Shown: positions 36,269 through 46,064 of the stretch, one piece after another
How positions within the stretch are numbered: the first letter of the stretch is position 1
How the letters are laid out: every line of letters begins with the position of its first letter
Source of the DNA: Edaphobacter sp.
Lineage (GTDB): Bacteria > Acidobacteriota > Terriglobia > Terriglobales > Acidobacteriaceae
Direction of reading: 5' to 3'
Length of the DNA: 64,000 bases
NCBI GenBank assembly: GCA_025462755.1
Contig: JAOAPF010000265.1
Location: forward strand, 20,162 to 84,161
The notes under the pieces: generated by a model
What the model was told of the DNA's origin: nothing
Seen by the model: the letters and a program-made list of their open reading frames with translations, nothing else
Database searches by the model: none
Translations under genes and position numbers: made by a program

Positions 36269-37413
36269 TCTAAACTCCCGACACTAATCTCAGTTGGAAC
36301 GACTTCGGAAGAACACACAGATTGATCAATTTCTCGGAAGAAGGGTTTCTGCGTCGGGTTGTCCATACAGCCGCTGAGGCGAGGCAACGGAGATGGAGAG
36401 TCCCGCGCTTTGAGAGGGCCATCCGAGTTGCCGCTTACAAGAGTCTGCTCCTGCTCCGTAACTGGGATCTCCGGTGCGTTCTTTTCGAAATTAAATCGAC
36501 CATTCGTCAGATAAGTAACCGCAATGCCAGCCAGGAAGTACGGATGAAAGACTGCAATAGGAACTGCATACTTCTTGGTCTTCAAGAGAGATTCGACGAC
36601 TCCTCGTGGCGTGTGGCTTCTAGGAATGGTTCCGGGCACCTGGGGGATCACAACTTCGCTCAATTCGAGCTCATCGTGGCGGTGTGCATAGGTTGCCAGC
36701 GACTTGGCAATCTGTTTGGGAGTCGTTATTGCGATATCCGCTGTAATGCTTCTCCCTACCGCATGGGGATAGTAGAAATTGAGGAGACGCCGGGAGAAGT
36801 CGGCGCAATTATTCGTAAATAAATTGAAATGACTTTGGTTGGCCCGGTCGTTATATTCGGCAATCAAACGATCATCCTGTTCGGCGGTCGTTGCAATCTC
36901 GAAGCTATAAATCTTTCGAATGTACGCGACTCCCAACAGTTGCGGCCATACGTTTTTCGTATCGTATCCCTTGGTGGCAGAGACAAGAGACGTGAGATGA
37001 GCCTCCGCATATGCTTTCCGCAGTTGTGTGACAGAGGCGGCTTCGGCCCACTGGGGCACGTCCTGCGCCTGCTCGACGGCGTAAAGATATGGCAGTAGCG
37101 GTATTGCGACCCAGTCAAATTTCCGAATACGGGAGTAACGGCTAATTACCACGCCCGTCTCACCTGGCCGGCAGCGGCGCAAGACGGTAGGCGATTCCGC
37201 GCAGACGCGATTGAGGTAGATTGCCGAATGCCCCGTTGGATTTATGCTGCCGAAGAAGCCATATGGTTCTTCCACCAGAAGCGCGACCTCTCCGCGTGCT
37301 GTCCCCGCGACGCCCAGAGACAACAAAAGCAATAGGATAAGCCGTAAACCCCGGCGGTCTCCATCGCCGGGCCTTAACGAATTAGCAGGCGGGTTGAATA
37401 AGGGCGAATTCAT
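36247..37413 (-). CDS. Exported hypothetical protein (possible thiol-hydrolase/DUF4105-like fold)
   Basis: Signal-like segment; TGHSA and FNLFTNNCADF motifs suggest a His/Cys pair (inference). Confidence 0.7.
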   Translation of the reverse strand: MNSPLFNPPANSLRPGDGDRRGLRLILLLLLSLGVAGTARGEVALLVEEPYGFFGSINPTGHSAIYLNRVCAESPTVLRRCRPGETGVVISRYSRIRKFDWVAIPLLPYLYAVEQAQDVPQWAEAASVTQLRKAYAEAHLTSLVSATKGYDTKNVWPQLLGVAYIRKIYSFEIATTAEQDDRLIAEYNDRANQSHFNLFTNNCADFSRRLLNFYYPHAVGRSITADIAITTPKQIAKSLATYAHRHDELELSEVVIPQVPGTIPRSHTPRGVVESLLKTKKYAVPIAVFHPYFLAGIAVTYLTNGRFNFEKNAPEIPVTEQEQTLVSGNSDGPLKARDSPSPLPRLSGCMDNPTQKPFFREIDQSVCSSEVVPTEISVGSLEWTDREF

Positions 37414-37699
37414 ACTGGTTTGAGTTTCTCCTCAGTCAAATCAGCGTCTCTAGCGGTGAGGCCGCACATTCATGGCGTTGATATTCTTCAACGTAGCACC
37501 ACGCAAGACCGAGGAATACTGCGAGATTTACTAGTTCGGCATGCATTCTCTTGCAGGGTCCTATATGGCATCTTCAGTTTGGTCAAACCGGCCCGAAGAG
37601 AGCGCCCTCGGTTTCCGCTTTGCGATTGGAGGTTGTGCTCCCCGGAGCCGGGGCCAACGAGTATTGAGTGCCCGTTGGCGGCATCAGGTTGTCCGGCCC

Positions 37700-37724
37700 A
37701 AAAAAAAGACCGCGTTTGCGGTCT
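37700..37724 (-). terminator. Rho-independent terminator of the 42.6-37.8 kb operon
   Basis: Minus strand AGACCGC-AAAC-GCGGTCT followed by a T run. Confidence 0.75.
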
Positions 37725-37796
37725 CTGCGTATGGTTGTGTTAGGCCTTTTTATTCCAGGACGGTGTCAGCTTCCGTCCTGAACGCCGAGTTCGACG

Positions 37797-38537
37797 CTAA
37801 TATTTCTGCTCGCGGCTCGGCTCATAGTCCTCGCCGAACTTGTTCTTGTGATGCGCCAATGCATCCGTTGTCGCCCGTAGCGTTATCTCCCCCACATGTA
37901 CAGGATCGGTTGAGACCTGCACGATCCTCTGGGACGAGTCGGAGTTCGCAAGTTGACCATTCTCGCTCCATACATTGAGCCGGTAGCTTCCCTCCGGAAC
38001 GTTGTGCAAGGCTACGATGCCGTTTTCGCCCGAGACGCCGTAGTAGGGAGTGTTGAGCGCCAAGACGATCGCGCCCATCTCTGGATGAATGTTGCAGAAG
38101 ATGTAGGAAACCCCCTCACGGTCAAACCGCACCGAGCGACTGGTCCCTGATTCGTACAAGCCCAGATCAAAGCGTTTGCCGTTGAACAGTGAGAACACGT
38201 TATGGAAAAAGGGGTCCTGATTCGGAAATTCAACCTGACTGCCTGTAGGAACCACGAGCAGATGAGGAGTAAACATCTTGTCCTTCTGGACAAGCCGGTA
38301 TAGTGGTTGCCAGGCCGGTACGACGGACGTGACCCCGCCAGGCTTCAGCGGTGATAACCACACAACGACATTCGCTACGCTGGGTTGCTCTTTGTGCCTC
38401 TTTCCCGCATGCTGAATCGGCGTACTCACGAGAATTTTGCCGGACACCTCCACCCCTTGTCCGTGGATCTCTTGCACGGGGATTGCCATAAAAAGAGAGC
38501 CACATCCCAAGATCATCCAACGTCCGAGACTGCTCAC
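37797..38537 (-). CDS. Periplasmic cupredoxin-like protein ('methylamine utilisation protein'-type)
   Basis: QKDK.F.P, V.FPN.D...HNVFS, FDLGLY, FCNIHPEM (H/C/H/M copper-type ligands). Confidence 0.8.
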   Translation of the reverse strand: MSSLGRWMILGCGSLFMAIPVQEIHGQGVEVSGKILVSTPIQHAGKRHKEQPSVANVVVWLSPLKPGGVTSVVPAWQPLYRLVQKDKMFTPHLLVVPTGSQVEFPNQDPFFHNVFSLFNGKRFDLGLYESGTSRSVRFDREGVSYIFCNIHPEMGAIVLALNTPYYGVSGENGIVALHNVPEGSYRLNVWSENGQLANSDSSQRIVQVSTDPVHVGEITLRATTDALAHHKNKFGEDYEPSREQKY

Positions 38538-38548
38538 GATTCTGCCTC

Positions 38549-40108
38549 CTAGAATTGGTATCCTGCCGAAAGAGTAAAGATGTCTGCCGTGTTCACAGTG
38601 CCGTAGATGGGCCAGGTCCAGATCCTGCGGTACTCTGGCGACAGGATCAGGTACGTCTTCGGTTTGAAGATCAAGTTACCGAAGACCATCTTGTTGCGAG
38701 CACGCAGTTGTGTGGCAGTCACTGTGGGCGGAAAGATAAATTCGTGAAAATCGCTGGCATAGCCGTCGTCCAACCCGATGCTGGCGTTTGCTTCCAGGGA
38801 TTGAGTGAAGCGAGCCTTGAACTGCGTCCATCCGCCGATGGCGTTTAGTCCATGGTACGCATTTAGACCCGTGGGAGTGTAGATGCCAAACAGGACATCT
38901 TTGTAGACTCCGCCGCCCAAACCGCCGATAGCCTTGCCGCGATAACCTTCCCCGCTGACCTCAAAGCGAGCGCCGAGCGGAACGCGCCAATCCGCCGTAG
39001 CTGCCCAGGCGTCTACACTTTGATTGCCGGAATAGCTTTGCCGGCTATAGTATCCGCCAAGCCCGATCTGGAAAGGGTGTTCGCCCGTGAAAGTCCCATA
39101 CGATACGCGGGATTCATAACCAGGCTGCTTCGATGCTTCACTGGGGCTCGGAACACGAAACAACTCGTTTGTGCTGTAGCCCGCAGTCGGTGGATCCCAC
39201 AGCCCGAATTCAAGCTGCACCCGCCTTCCGGACTGAAGCGGAATCTGATGGGCGTATCGCAGCTGTGGCGCCCATGTCCACAGGTTCCCTGCTCCGGCCA
39301 AGGCCGGCTCGGCAACCATTGCGTAGGATGTAGGCGACAAAGGGGAGATCAACGGCACAACCAGGCCTGCTTGAATCGAATCGTTGTCCCAATCGATATT
39401 AATGCTCGCGGTCCTCATGCGGACAGTTCCGGCTGAAGTTCCATAGCTGGTATAGGCAAGTCCAGCAAAGAAATCCAGATTAACATCTGCAGAGGTTCGA
39501 CCGCCGGCGATTCTCGGTCCGTATCCTTGCAGCCCGAGGACGGTCTGGCGAAAGGTTGCACCAGCGCTACCGTTGCCGGTGGTGTTGTTCTGACTATTGA
39601 TTGCCGCCTCGGGCAGGTCAATGTTATCTACGCTTCCCCTATTAACGAACGAGTTGAATAGGAGCAGACCTGTGACATGGAGCGGATACTTTGAACTGCT
39701 CTCGACCTTGGTCTGATCGTGTACCTTGACTTGAGCCTCGATGGTTTGTTGCTCCTCCTGTAGAGCTTCGATCGCTGCAGCCGTTGCCTTGGCTGCATCC
39801 ACAGAGCTTGCTGAACCTGTTGATTCGGGTGTGCCGGATTGCCTCGCGGCGAGAAGCTTCTTGATTTGAGCGAGTTCCTCCCGTAATTGTTCCATCTCTT
39901 GCCGAGACTGTTCGAGTTGCTGGTGAGTTACGGCAAGAGCAGACGAGATCTCTTCCAATTTCCGTTCTAACTCGACAGAATGCGCGGCCGGAATGGAAGA
40001 AGACGGGGGTGCGGAGACAGGAATAGCGTCAGGCGACTGAGCGCGCAGAGAAGGCTGGACCGCAATCAAGATCAGACAAGTGAGAAGTTCGCGACGAATA
40101 TGTCTCAT
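38549..40108 (-). CDS. Outer-membrane beta-barrel/porin-like protein with N-terminal coiled coil
   Basis: Signal peptide, heptad-rich segment, alternating beta-strand pattern, terminal aromatic (GYQF). Confidence 0.65.
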   Translation of the reverse strand: MRHIRRELLTCLILIAVQPSLRAQSPDAIPVSAPPSSSIPAAHSVELERKLEEISSALAVTHQQLEQSRQEMEQLREELAQIKKLLAARQSGTPESTGSASSVDAAKATAAAIEALQEEQQTIEAQVKVHDQTKVESSSKYPLHVTGLLLFNSFVNRGSVDNIDLPEAAINSQNNTTGNGSAGATFRQTVLGLQGYGPRIAGGRTSADVNLDFFAGLAYTSYGTSAGTVRMRTASINIDWDNDSIQAGLVVPLISPLSPTSYAMVAEPALAGAGNLWTWAPQLRYAHQIPLQSGRRVQLEFGLWDPPTAGYSTNELFRVPSPSEASKQPGYESRVSYGTFTGEHPFQIGLGGYYSRQSYSGNQSVDAWAATADWRVPLGARFEVSGEGYRGKAIGGLGGGVYKDVLFGIYTPTGLNAYHGLNAIGGWTQFKARFTQSLEANASIGLDDGYASDFHEFIFPPTVTATQLRARNKMVFGNLIFKPKTYLILSPEYRRIWTWPIYGTVNTADIFTLSAGYQF

Positions 40109-40110
40109 CT

Positions 40111-41928
40111 TTAGCCTTCTCCATTTGCAGGGGCGTACGCCGGTGAAATTTTTCCTTCGACCACAGCACCGAGTGCCCGCAAGGATTCCTTAGGCAGATT
40201 AATCGTGAAGACAGTCTCGCCTTCACTCGTCTCATGCAGCTCGATCCTCCCGCCATGCTCCTGCGCAATCTGTTGCGCGAGAGTCAGTCCAAGTCCGATG
40301 CCGCTCTCTCTTCCCTCACTCACAAACGGCAGAAAGATCTTCTGGCGCAGAGACGCCTGTACTCCGGGCCCGTTGTCGGCGATTCTAATACCGATCGATC
40401 GCTCATCTTCAAAGAGGCTCAAGGTTACCCTTGGAGGCCCCTTGCCCCGCTTGGCTGCCTGGCACGCATTCAGCAGCAAATTGTAAACGGCCCGACCAAG
40501 TTTTTTCGAGTCGACCCATGCTTCTATCGAAGATAGCCCGTTCAGCGTGACCTTTACGTCGCGACTGGCGGGATGGGAGCGAACCATGCTCACAGCTCGC
40601 TGAATCATCAACGCAATCGATTCGAACTCCGGGTGCAGCGCTCTCCCGGTCTGGGTGAAGAGAAGGAGCGATTCGAGAAGATCGGTCATCCCCTGAACGG
40701 CTGTTTGCACCTCCACCATCAGCTCTTCGCGTTCCGGTTGGGAGATGTTCCCATCGCTCATGAATTCCGCGTTGGCATACATTGCAGAGAGATAGTGTCG
40801 TAGATCATGCGAGATGGAACTGGCCATTCGTCCAATGGTTGCGAGCCGTTCCGAATCCAGCAGCTCTCTCTGCGTACGTTGCAGCTGAATGCGCATGCGT
40901 TCAAACGCTCTGCTCAGCTCTCTTATCTCCTCGGCTCCGTCCTCGCTGAGTTGATAATCAAAATTTCCTTGCGCGAGAGCTCGGGTTCCTCCTACCAGCG
41001 TTTCGATTGGTCGCGTAAGTGTGCGGGAAATTGAGACAAGCATTCCTGTACCGGCAAGCAGTGCGAGAAGAGCCAGCGTTAACACCCATCGATTCACTCG
41101 ATCAACCAGTTGCGTAGCGCCCGCAAAGGACTTCAGGACGACAAGTTGGGGTACTTGAATCGCACTTTCCTGCCCATCGGATATGGTGAGACGCTCCGAT
41201 GCCGCAAGGTAGTCTATCTTTCCAAGTTCGATCTTTCTGTTATCCGTTGGCAGGCGCAACAATTCGCCGCCCCGCGCAATGAGTTGCTGCTGCAACTCCG
41301 GGCTAAGTGTGCTGACGACAACACGCCCATCGACGGTGAAAGTAACCTCTGCCGCCGCGGCTTCGCTGACTGCTCGTGCAACATGTTCATCGATGGAATA
41401 TCCGACGGCCACAAAGCCGAGAAGAGTTCCATGCTCCCTCGGCCCAAAATAGAGCGGCTGCGTGGATATCTCGTATATACGGTCGCCGATGGCGAGCAGC
41501 ACCGGCTCCTCGGGTTTATGAAGACCTATTTCCAATCCTTTGGCAACCCGGGATCGGTCAAGGGCAGGGCCGCGATTGTAGGCTACGATCAGCCTTCCTT
41601 CCTGATCGAGCAGAGCAAAAAAGTCGGATCCACTTACCTGCCAGAACTCGACTCCGCCATCTTCGATCGTCGGCTGATCGTAGGTGGTCATCAGGGACTT
41701 CAGGCTAGGCAGATCGGCCAACAATGCAGACTCGCGTGCCAGCAACTCCCGTTGCTGGTGTTGGAAATTACGGTAGGTCTTCACGGAATGTTGCAGATCA
41801 GAGGCCAGGTTTGTCTGGGTCTGCTGCTGGACGATGGTGCGAATCACCAAGAGACTTAGTACCGTGCAGCCGAACGAAAGGATGAGCAGCGGAATCAGCA
41901 GCGTCGTCCTCATCCGCAGCCGGTCCAT
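40111..41928 (-). CDS. HAMP-domain sensor histidine kinase
   Basis: Two TM segments, HAMP, SHDLRH H-box, NLLLNA, DNGPG, IFLPF, GIGLGL. Confidence 0.92.
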   Translation of the reverse strand: MDRLRMRTTLLIPLLILSFGCTVLSLLVIRTIVQQQTQTNLASDLQHSVKTYRNFQHQQRELLARESALLADLPSLKSLMTTYDQPTIEDGGVEFWQVSGSDFFALLDQEGRLIVAYNRGPALDRSRVAKGLEIGLHKPEEPVLLAIGDRIYEISTQPLYFGPREHGTLLGFVAVGYSIDEHVARAVSEAAAAEVTFTVDGRVVVSTLSPELQQQLIARGGELLRLPTDNRKIELGKIDYLAASERLTISDGQESAIQVPQLVVLKSFAGATQLVDRVNRWVLTLALLALLAGTGMLVSISRTLTRPIETLVGGTRALAQGNFDYQLSEDGAEEIRELSRAFERMRIQLQRTQRELLDSERLATIGRMASSISHDLRHYLSAMYANAEFMSDGNISQPEREELMVEVQTAVQGMTDLLESLLLFTQTGRALHPEFESIALMIQRAVSMVRSHPASRDVKVTLNGLSSIEAWVDSKKLGRAVYNLLLNACQAAKRGKGPPRVTLSLFEDERSIGIRIADNGPGVQASLRQKIFLPFVSEGRESGIGLGLTLAQQIAQEHGGRIELHETSEGETVFTINLPKESLRALGAVVEGKISPAYAPANGEG

Positions 41929-41959
41929 CAGTCTCGCCCTCCCATGCACAGTGGCAGTA

Positions 41960-42643
41960 CTAATTTCCCCGGACGAACTTATAACCAATACCATGGATGG
42001 TGCGGAAGTACATAGGCTTCGCGGGATCAGCCTCTAACTTTTGCCGCAATTTCATGATGTGATTATCAACCGTACGAGTGGTTGGATAAGAAGTATAGTT
42101 CCAGACATCATTGAGGAGTTCCTCCCTGGTAATGACCCTTTCTGCGTGTTCAACGAAATACTGCAGAAGCTTGATTTCATGCGCAGTGAGGAGCACCGGA
42201 ACGCCATCCTTGAAGACTTCCATCCCAGAGAAATCCGCTGTGACGTTGCCGAAACTGACATGAGTGTTTGTCGCGGGCTTTTGCGTCCTTCGAATCGCTG
42301 CCTGAACGCGCGCCATCAGTTCGCGTGGACTGAATGGTTTGGTCACATAATCATCTGCGCCCAGCTCCAGCAGCAGAACTTTATCCGCCACCTCCGAAAC
42401 CGCGCTAAGAACCACGACCGGAGTACTTGCTGACCAGCTCTTTATGCCTTTACAAACCTCGAGACCTGACATGCTCGGCAGCATAAGGTCTAACACGACG
42501 CCTGCAGGTTTCAAGCTCTTGCAACTCGCCAGTCCCTGGGCGCCGTCGCCGGTCACATGGACTTCGTAACCCTCCGTCGTGAATTGCCTGTGAAGCGCCT
42601 TTTGTATCCTAATATCGTCCTCAATCACCAGAATCAAGCTCAC
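41960..42643 (-). CDS. OmpR/PhoB-family response regulator
   Basis: IEDD, LDLMLP, GADDYVTKPF, RTVDNHI..LRQKLE, TIHGIGYKF; GTG start after AAGGGGA. Confidence 0.93.
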   Translation of the reverse strand: MSLILVIEDDIRIQKALHRQFTTEGYEVHVTGDGAQGLASCKSLKPAGVVLDLMLPSMSGLEVCKGIKSWSASTPVVVLSAVSEVADKVLLLELGADDYVTKPFSPRELMARVQAAIRRTQKPATNTHVSFGNVTADFSGMEVFKDGVPVLLTAHEIKLLQYFVEHAERVITREELLNDVWNYTSYPTTRTVDNHIMKLRQKLEADPAKPMYFRTIHGIGYKFVRGN

Positions 42644-42769
42644 GTCTATCCCCTTGAAGAATCGTGGATATCGTAGTCCGCGACTCATGGCTTTACCAGT
42701 TCATTCTATATAGAGACGTCGCATGCTTTGCCAAGTAATATCGCCAAGTTATTGATTCATATCATCAAA

Positions 42770-42805
42770 TGACAAAGTTGTGACATTATGGAGACATTTG
42801 TCTCC
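42770..42805. promoter_or_regulatory. Candidate response-regulator box
   Basis: TGACA/TGACA/AGACA at 42770, 42781, 42792 (11-bp period), overlapping palindrome GGAGACATTTGTCTCC (42790-42805). Confidence 0.5.
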
Positions 42806-42896
42806 GGTGACGGCAAAGTAGCGCATCGGTGTCTGGATACACATCCGCACACGAGTTTTAACACCCGGGTGTGGACGCGGGTCTGCTAATTGTCTT

Positions 42897-45038
42897 TTAG
42901 GGGATGTGGCGCCGGCAGAGCGCGGTAAACCACAGAGCTCGTCCACAGTCGCTCGCGTAGACCAGCGTCTTTGAGTCCGGCTCCCAGGTTGGCTCTACGT
43001 TATTGCAGTCCGCGTGCGTGAGTCTGCTGGTTTGGCCGTTGTGCAAGTCGCGCAGCCACAGGTGCCAGTTGCCGCTCTGTAACTTACTAAAGGCCAACCA
43101 ATGGCCGTCCGGAGAGATAGCCGGGTATCGAGCTTCCTCTGAGCCCAGCGACCTGACGGTTCCAGTTTGGTCCAGAAGGAAAAGCCCCGGGCGGCCTCCG
43201 TTCGATTCAGCAGAAAAGATAAGCGAGCCATTCGGGAGGAATGACATCTCCAATGCATCAAATTCAGGCGGTGTGAGACCCGTATCTCTGCTTTCTGGTC
43301 TATCCAGCGCGTGAAGCCAGATACTAGCGCGACCCTGTTCCTCGCGCAGATAGGCCAACCATTTGCCGTTGGGCGACACAACGGGAGATTCGGCCCCAGG
43401 AATTTTTTCTCTACCTGGAACGCTCGAGACGATCGCAGATTCGCGCCCAGCGACCTCCGTCCATCGCTCGACCGAGGTCGCCGCTACCGCGAGTTGATCG
43501 ACCTTGCTAGCGTCAAAGCTTATAGCTTCGTCTTTTTGCGTCGCGGTGCGGTACCTAGATGGCACCATCGCGGTAAACAGAATTGTGTCGCTCTGAGCTA
43601 CAGGCCCATTAGCCTGCAACATATCCGCTGCCGTTGGAAGCCGCCACTGATAATCCGCATAGAGCTCCCCTTGATGACGTAAGCCTAACGCAATACTTAG
43701 CGATATCAACAGAACGAATGCTCCCGCCCAGAACCACGTTTCACGTCTTTGTTTTCCATCGCGTTTCTGCCGCGCCAATATCCAATACGCGACGAAGCAT
43801 AGCAGCACTACCAGGTACAACCGCGGCACGCTGAATAGCGCCCACGGTGAAATGGCTCCTATGGTCTTCCACCCGGGATATCCAATTGCTGTGGAAAGGA
43901 GCAAGAAGGCCACAATTGCAGCCAAGCCGCCACGTTCCTCGACTGCATTCCACATAAGACACACGGGAAGAATCAGGAGAGTGAAATGATAACCAGCGGG
44001 CAGAGTCGAAATAGCCAAACTGCCAAGCATAACTGCCGACCACTCCAGATGCATCCGTTCAGGGCTGCTGTCGACGGGCTCAGTCAGCAACAGCGCAGGC
44101 GCGAACAACAGCGTTTGCGCCAACGGCAGGAGCACAGCAAACAGCCATGGCGCGTGAATGAATGGACTTGGATTCCATTGTGGCTCGTAAATGAAGAGCC
44201 GATGAAGCAACGTCGCGACAGAAGCACTGGACAGGTTATAAGGATCCAGCCCTTCGCCACGCAGCGTCCACGGCAAAACCTGATTGAAGAGGACGCGATT
44301 CGCCTGCCAACCAAACACCGCGATAGACGCAATCACTGCGCCAGTTGCACCGACCACGCCACCAGTGAAGGCCTTGAAATCTCTCTTCCTGAGAAAATAC
44401 CCGAGAAAAATAATGGGGAAAATCTTCAATCCGAAGCCAAGTCCGACAAGCAGACCAGACAGAAAACGCTCTTGGCGTGCGTAGCACCAACAAGCGAGAG
44501 TCAGGACAAGCAGGAGGAATACATAGTATTGGCCGTATAGGAAGTTCTTGTTAAGTGGAACACTCAATGCAATCACAAGAATAATGCGTCGCAAGGGAAG
44601 TCCGGTCAACGACCGCAACAAAACAGCTATCGCCGCCACCATACCGATGTTCAACATTAGCCAGCGATGCTTAGCAGCCAGGGGCGGCAACGACGCGAGC
44701 GGCCACACTGCGAGAGTGGAAAATGGAGTAATCGGCACCAGGGAAATGATTCGCTGATCGATATCCCGATGGTCTTTTTGACGTTGTAACCAGATCCATT
44801 CATAAATTCTCGCGGTTTCGTTTTTTTCACGTGCAAGGCGCGCTGTCAGATAATAGTTCGAGAAGTCGGTGTTGAGCGTCTTCCACGCGGCTGGCAGAGT
44901 GTGACCACCAAAATACGCGATCATCAATGTAGACAGCATCCATTCAACAACCATGGTCCACGCAACGGTCGACATTGCAGACTGCTGTCCGCGCGCGTGT
45001 ATAGCGTTGCCTGGAACTCTATTCACACATGGAGGCAT
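42897..45038 (-). CDS. GT87-like (DUF2029, GT-C) membrane glycosyltransferase fused to TolB/PD40 beta-propeller repeats
   Basis: DFSNYY, ITPF, GQYY..L, LKIFP in a multi-TM N-half; SPNGKWLAY, PAISPDGHWLAF, PTWEPDSKTLVYASD in the C-half. Start uncertain. Confidence 0.75.
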   Translation of the reverse strand: MPPCVNRVPGNAIHARGQQSAMSTVAWTMVVEWMLSTLMIAYFGGHTLPAAWKTLNTDFSNYYLTARLAREKNETARIYEWIWLQRQKDHRDIDQRIISLVPITPFSTLAVWPLASLPPLAAKHRWLMLNIGMVAAIAVLLRSLTGLPLRRIILVIALSVPLNKNFLYGQYYVFLLLVLTLACWCYARQERFLSGLLVGLGFGLKIFPIIFLGYFLRKRDFKAFTGGVVGATGAVIASIAVFGWQANRVLFNQVLPWTLRGEGLDPYNLSSASVATLLHRLFIYEPQWNPSPFIHAPWLFAVLLPLAQTLLFAPALLLTEPVDSSPERMHLEWSAVMLGSLAISTLPAGYHFTLLILPVCLMWNAVEERGGLAAIVAFLLLSTAIGYPGWKTIGAISPWALFSVPRLYLVVLLCFVAYWILARQKRDGKQRRETWFWAGAFVLLISLSIALGLRHQGELYADYQWRLPTAADMLQANGPVAQSDTILFTAMVPSRYRTATQKDEAISFDASKVDQLAVAATSVERWTEVAGRESAIVSSVPGREKIPGAESPVVSPNGKWLAYLREEQGRASIWLHALDRPESRDTGLTPPEFDALEMSFLPNGSLIFSAESNGGRPGLFLLDQTGTVRSLGSEEARYPAISPDGHWLAFSKLQSGNWHLWLRDLHNGQTSRLTHADCNNVEPTWEPDSKTLVYASDCGRALWFTALCRRHIP

Positions 45039-45078
45039 GATAAGGTACAGCCATATCGTCCCGGAGACGTAATGCTAC

Positions 45079-45987
45079 TCATATGGCACCTACGCCATGG
45101 ATAACAGCCGCTATCGTCCGCAAAATAATAACGCAATCCAGTAAGAAATTTTGATTCCGAATGTAGTGAAGGTCATATTGCAGATTTTCATGAATGGGAA
45201 ATGCTCTTGCAGGACTGATTTGCCACAAGCCCGTAATCCCGGGTCTTGCGATAAGCCGTTCGCACTCAAGCGGGTGATAGCGGGCCACAATAAACGGCAT
45301 CTCCGGCCTCGGCCCGACCAGACTCATCTCCCCTTGAAGAACATTGATAAGCTGTGGCATCTCGTCCAAGCTCAACCGACGAATCAATCGACCGACCCGG
45401 GTCAGACGGCTATCCACGACACTTCGAGGAGATGCCTCGTATACCGGCACATCTGTTCTCATACTTCGGAACTTCCATAACACAAAGGGAATACCATCCT
45501 TGCCGACCCTATGGTGTCGAAATAATGCTGGCCCTGGAGAATCCATTTTGATCAGCATGGCGATCAGAATGAAAAGCGGAAATAGTACGATTAAGAGAAA
45601 CAGGGATCCGATAACATCGCACCCTCGCTTCACTATGCTTGACGAATATGGCAAGCCGCAATGACGAGCACCGACGTCGCCCTGTGGCGGTTTCCGAAGA
45701 CGTTCCCATTGATCGTGTCGATCGGCGGAGCCGTGCAGCAACAACCACAGGCCCACGTCAGGTTGCTTCACTTCCCACGACGGCAGCGGGCCTCGAATGT
45801 CGTCATCGGCAAGTTCCTCCCCACGATAAACGTCTGTTTTTCGATTGTCACTGCATTTATTGTCGTCGGATGGCGCGCTGCTCCTGGAGCGTTCAATACT
45901 ATTCCGGGTGGATCGGCGGGTATGAGTACGTGACTTAGTAAGTACATCCTCTGATGAGGTTATTACTGATAGCTCTGAATTATTCAT
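45079..45987 (-). CDS. Polyprenyl-phosphate priming sugar transferase (Bac_transf; WcaJ/WbaP-type C-domain)
   Basis: KR..D, DSPGP.LF...RVG..G..F...KFRSM, RLTRVG..IRR.SLDE.PQL.NVL.GEMSLVGPRP, RPGITGLWQ. ATG 45987 follows AGGA. Confidence 0.88.
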   Translation of the reverse strand: MNNSELSVITSSEDVLTKSRTHTRRSTRNSIERSRSSAPSDDNKCSDNRKTDVYRGEELADDDIRGPLPSWEVKQPDVGLWLLLHGSADRHDQWERLRKPPQGDVGARHCGLPYSSSIVKRGCDVIGSLFLLIVLFPLFILIAMLIKMDSPGPALFRHHRVGKDGIPFVLWKFRSMRTDVPVYEASPRSVVDSRLTRVGRLIRRLSLDEMPQLINVLQGEMSLVGPRPEMPFIVARYHPLECERLIARPGITGLWQISPARAFPIHENLQYDLHYIRNQNFLLDCVIILRTIAAVIHGVGAI

Positions 45988-46064
45988 TGATTCCTGCAGG
46001 CATAACCATGACGAGACAGGTAGATGTTTGCACAGCACCCGAGTGCCAGAAACGCTCACTCTCG

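Noticed and set aside
37420-37700. Possible riboswitch (e.g. c-di-GMP) upstream of the 36247-37413 gene
   Set aside because: Could not match conserved aptamer elements by eye; an Rfam scan would be needed.
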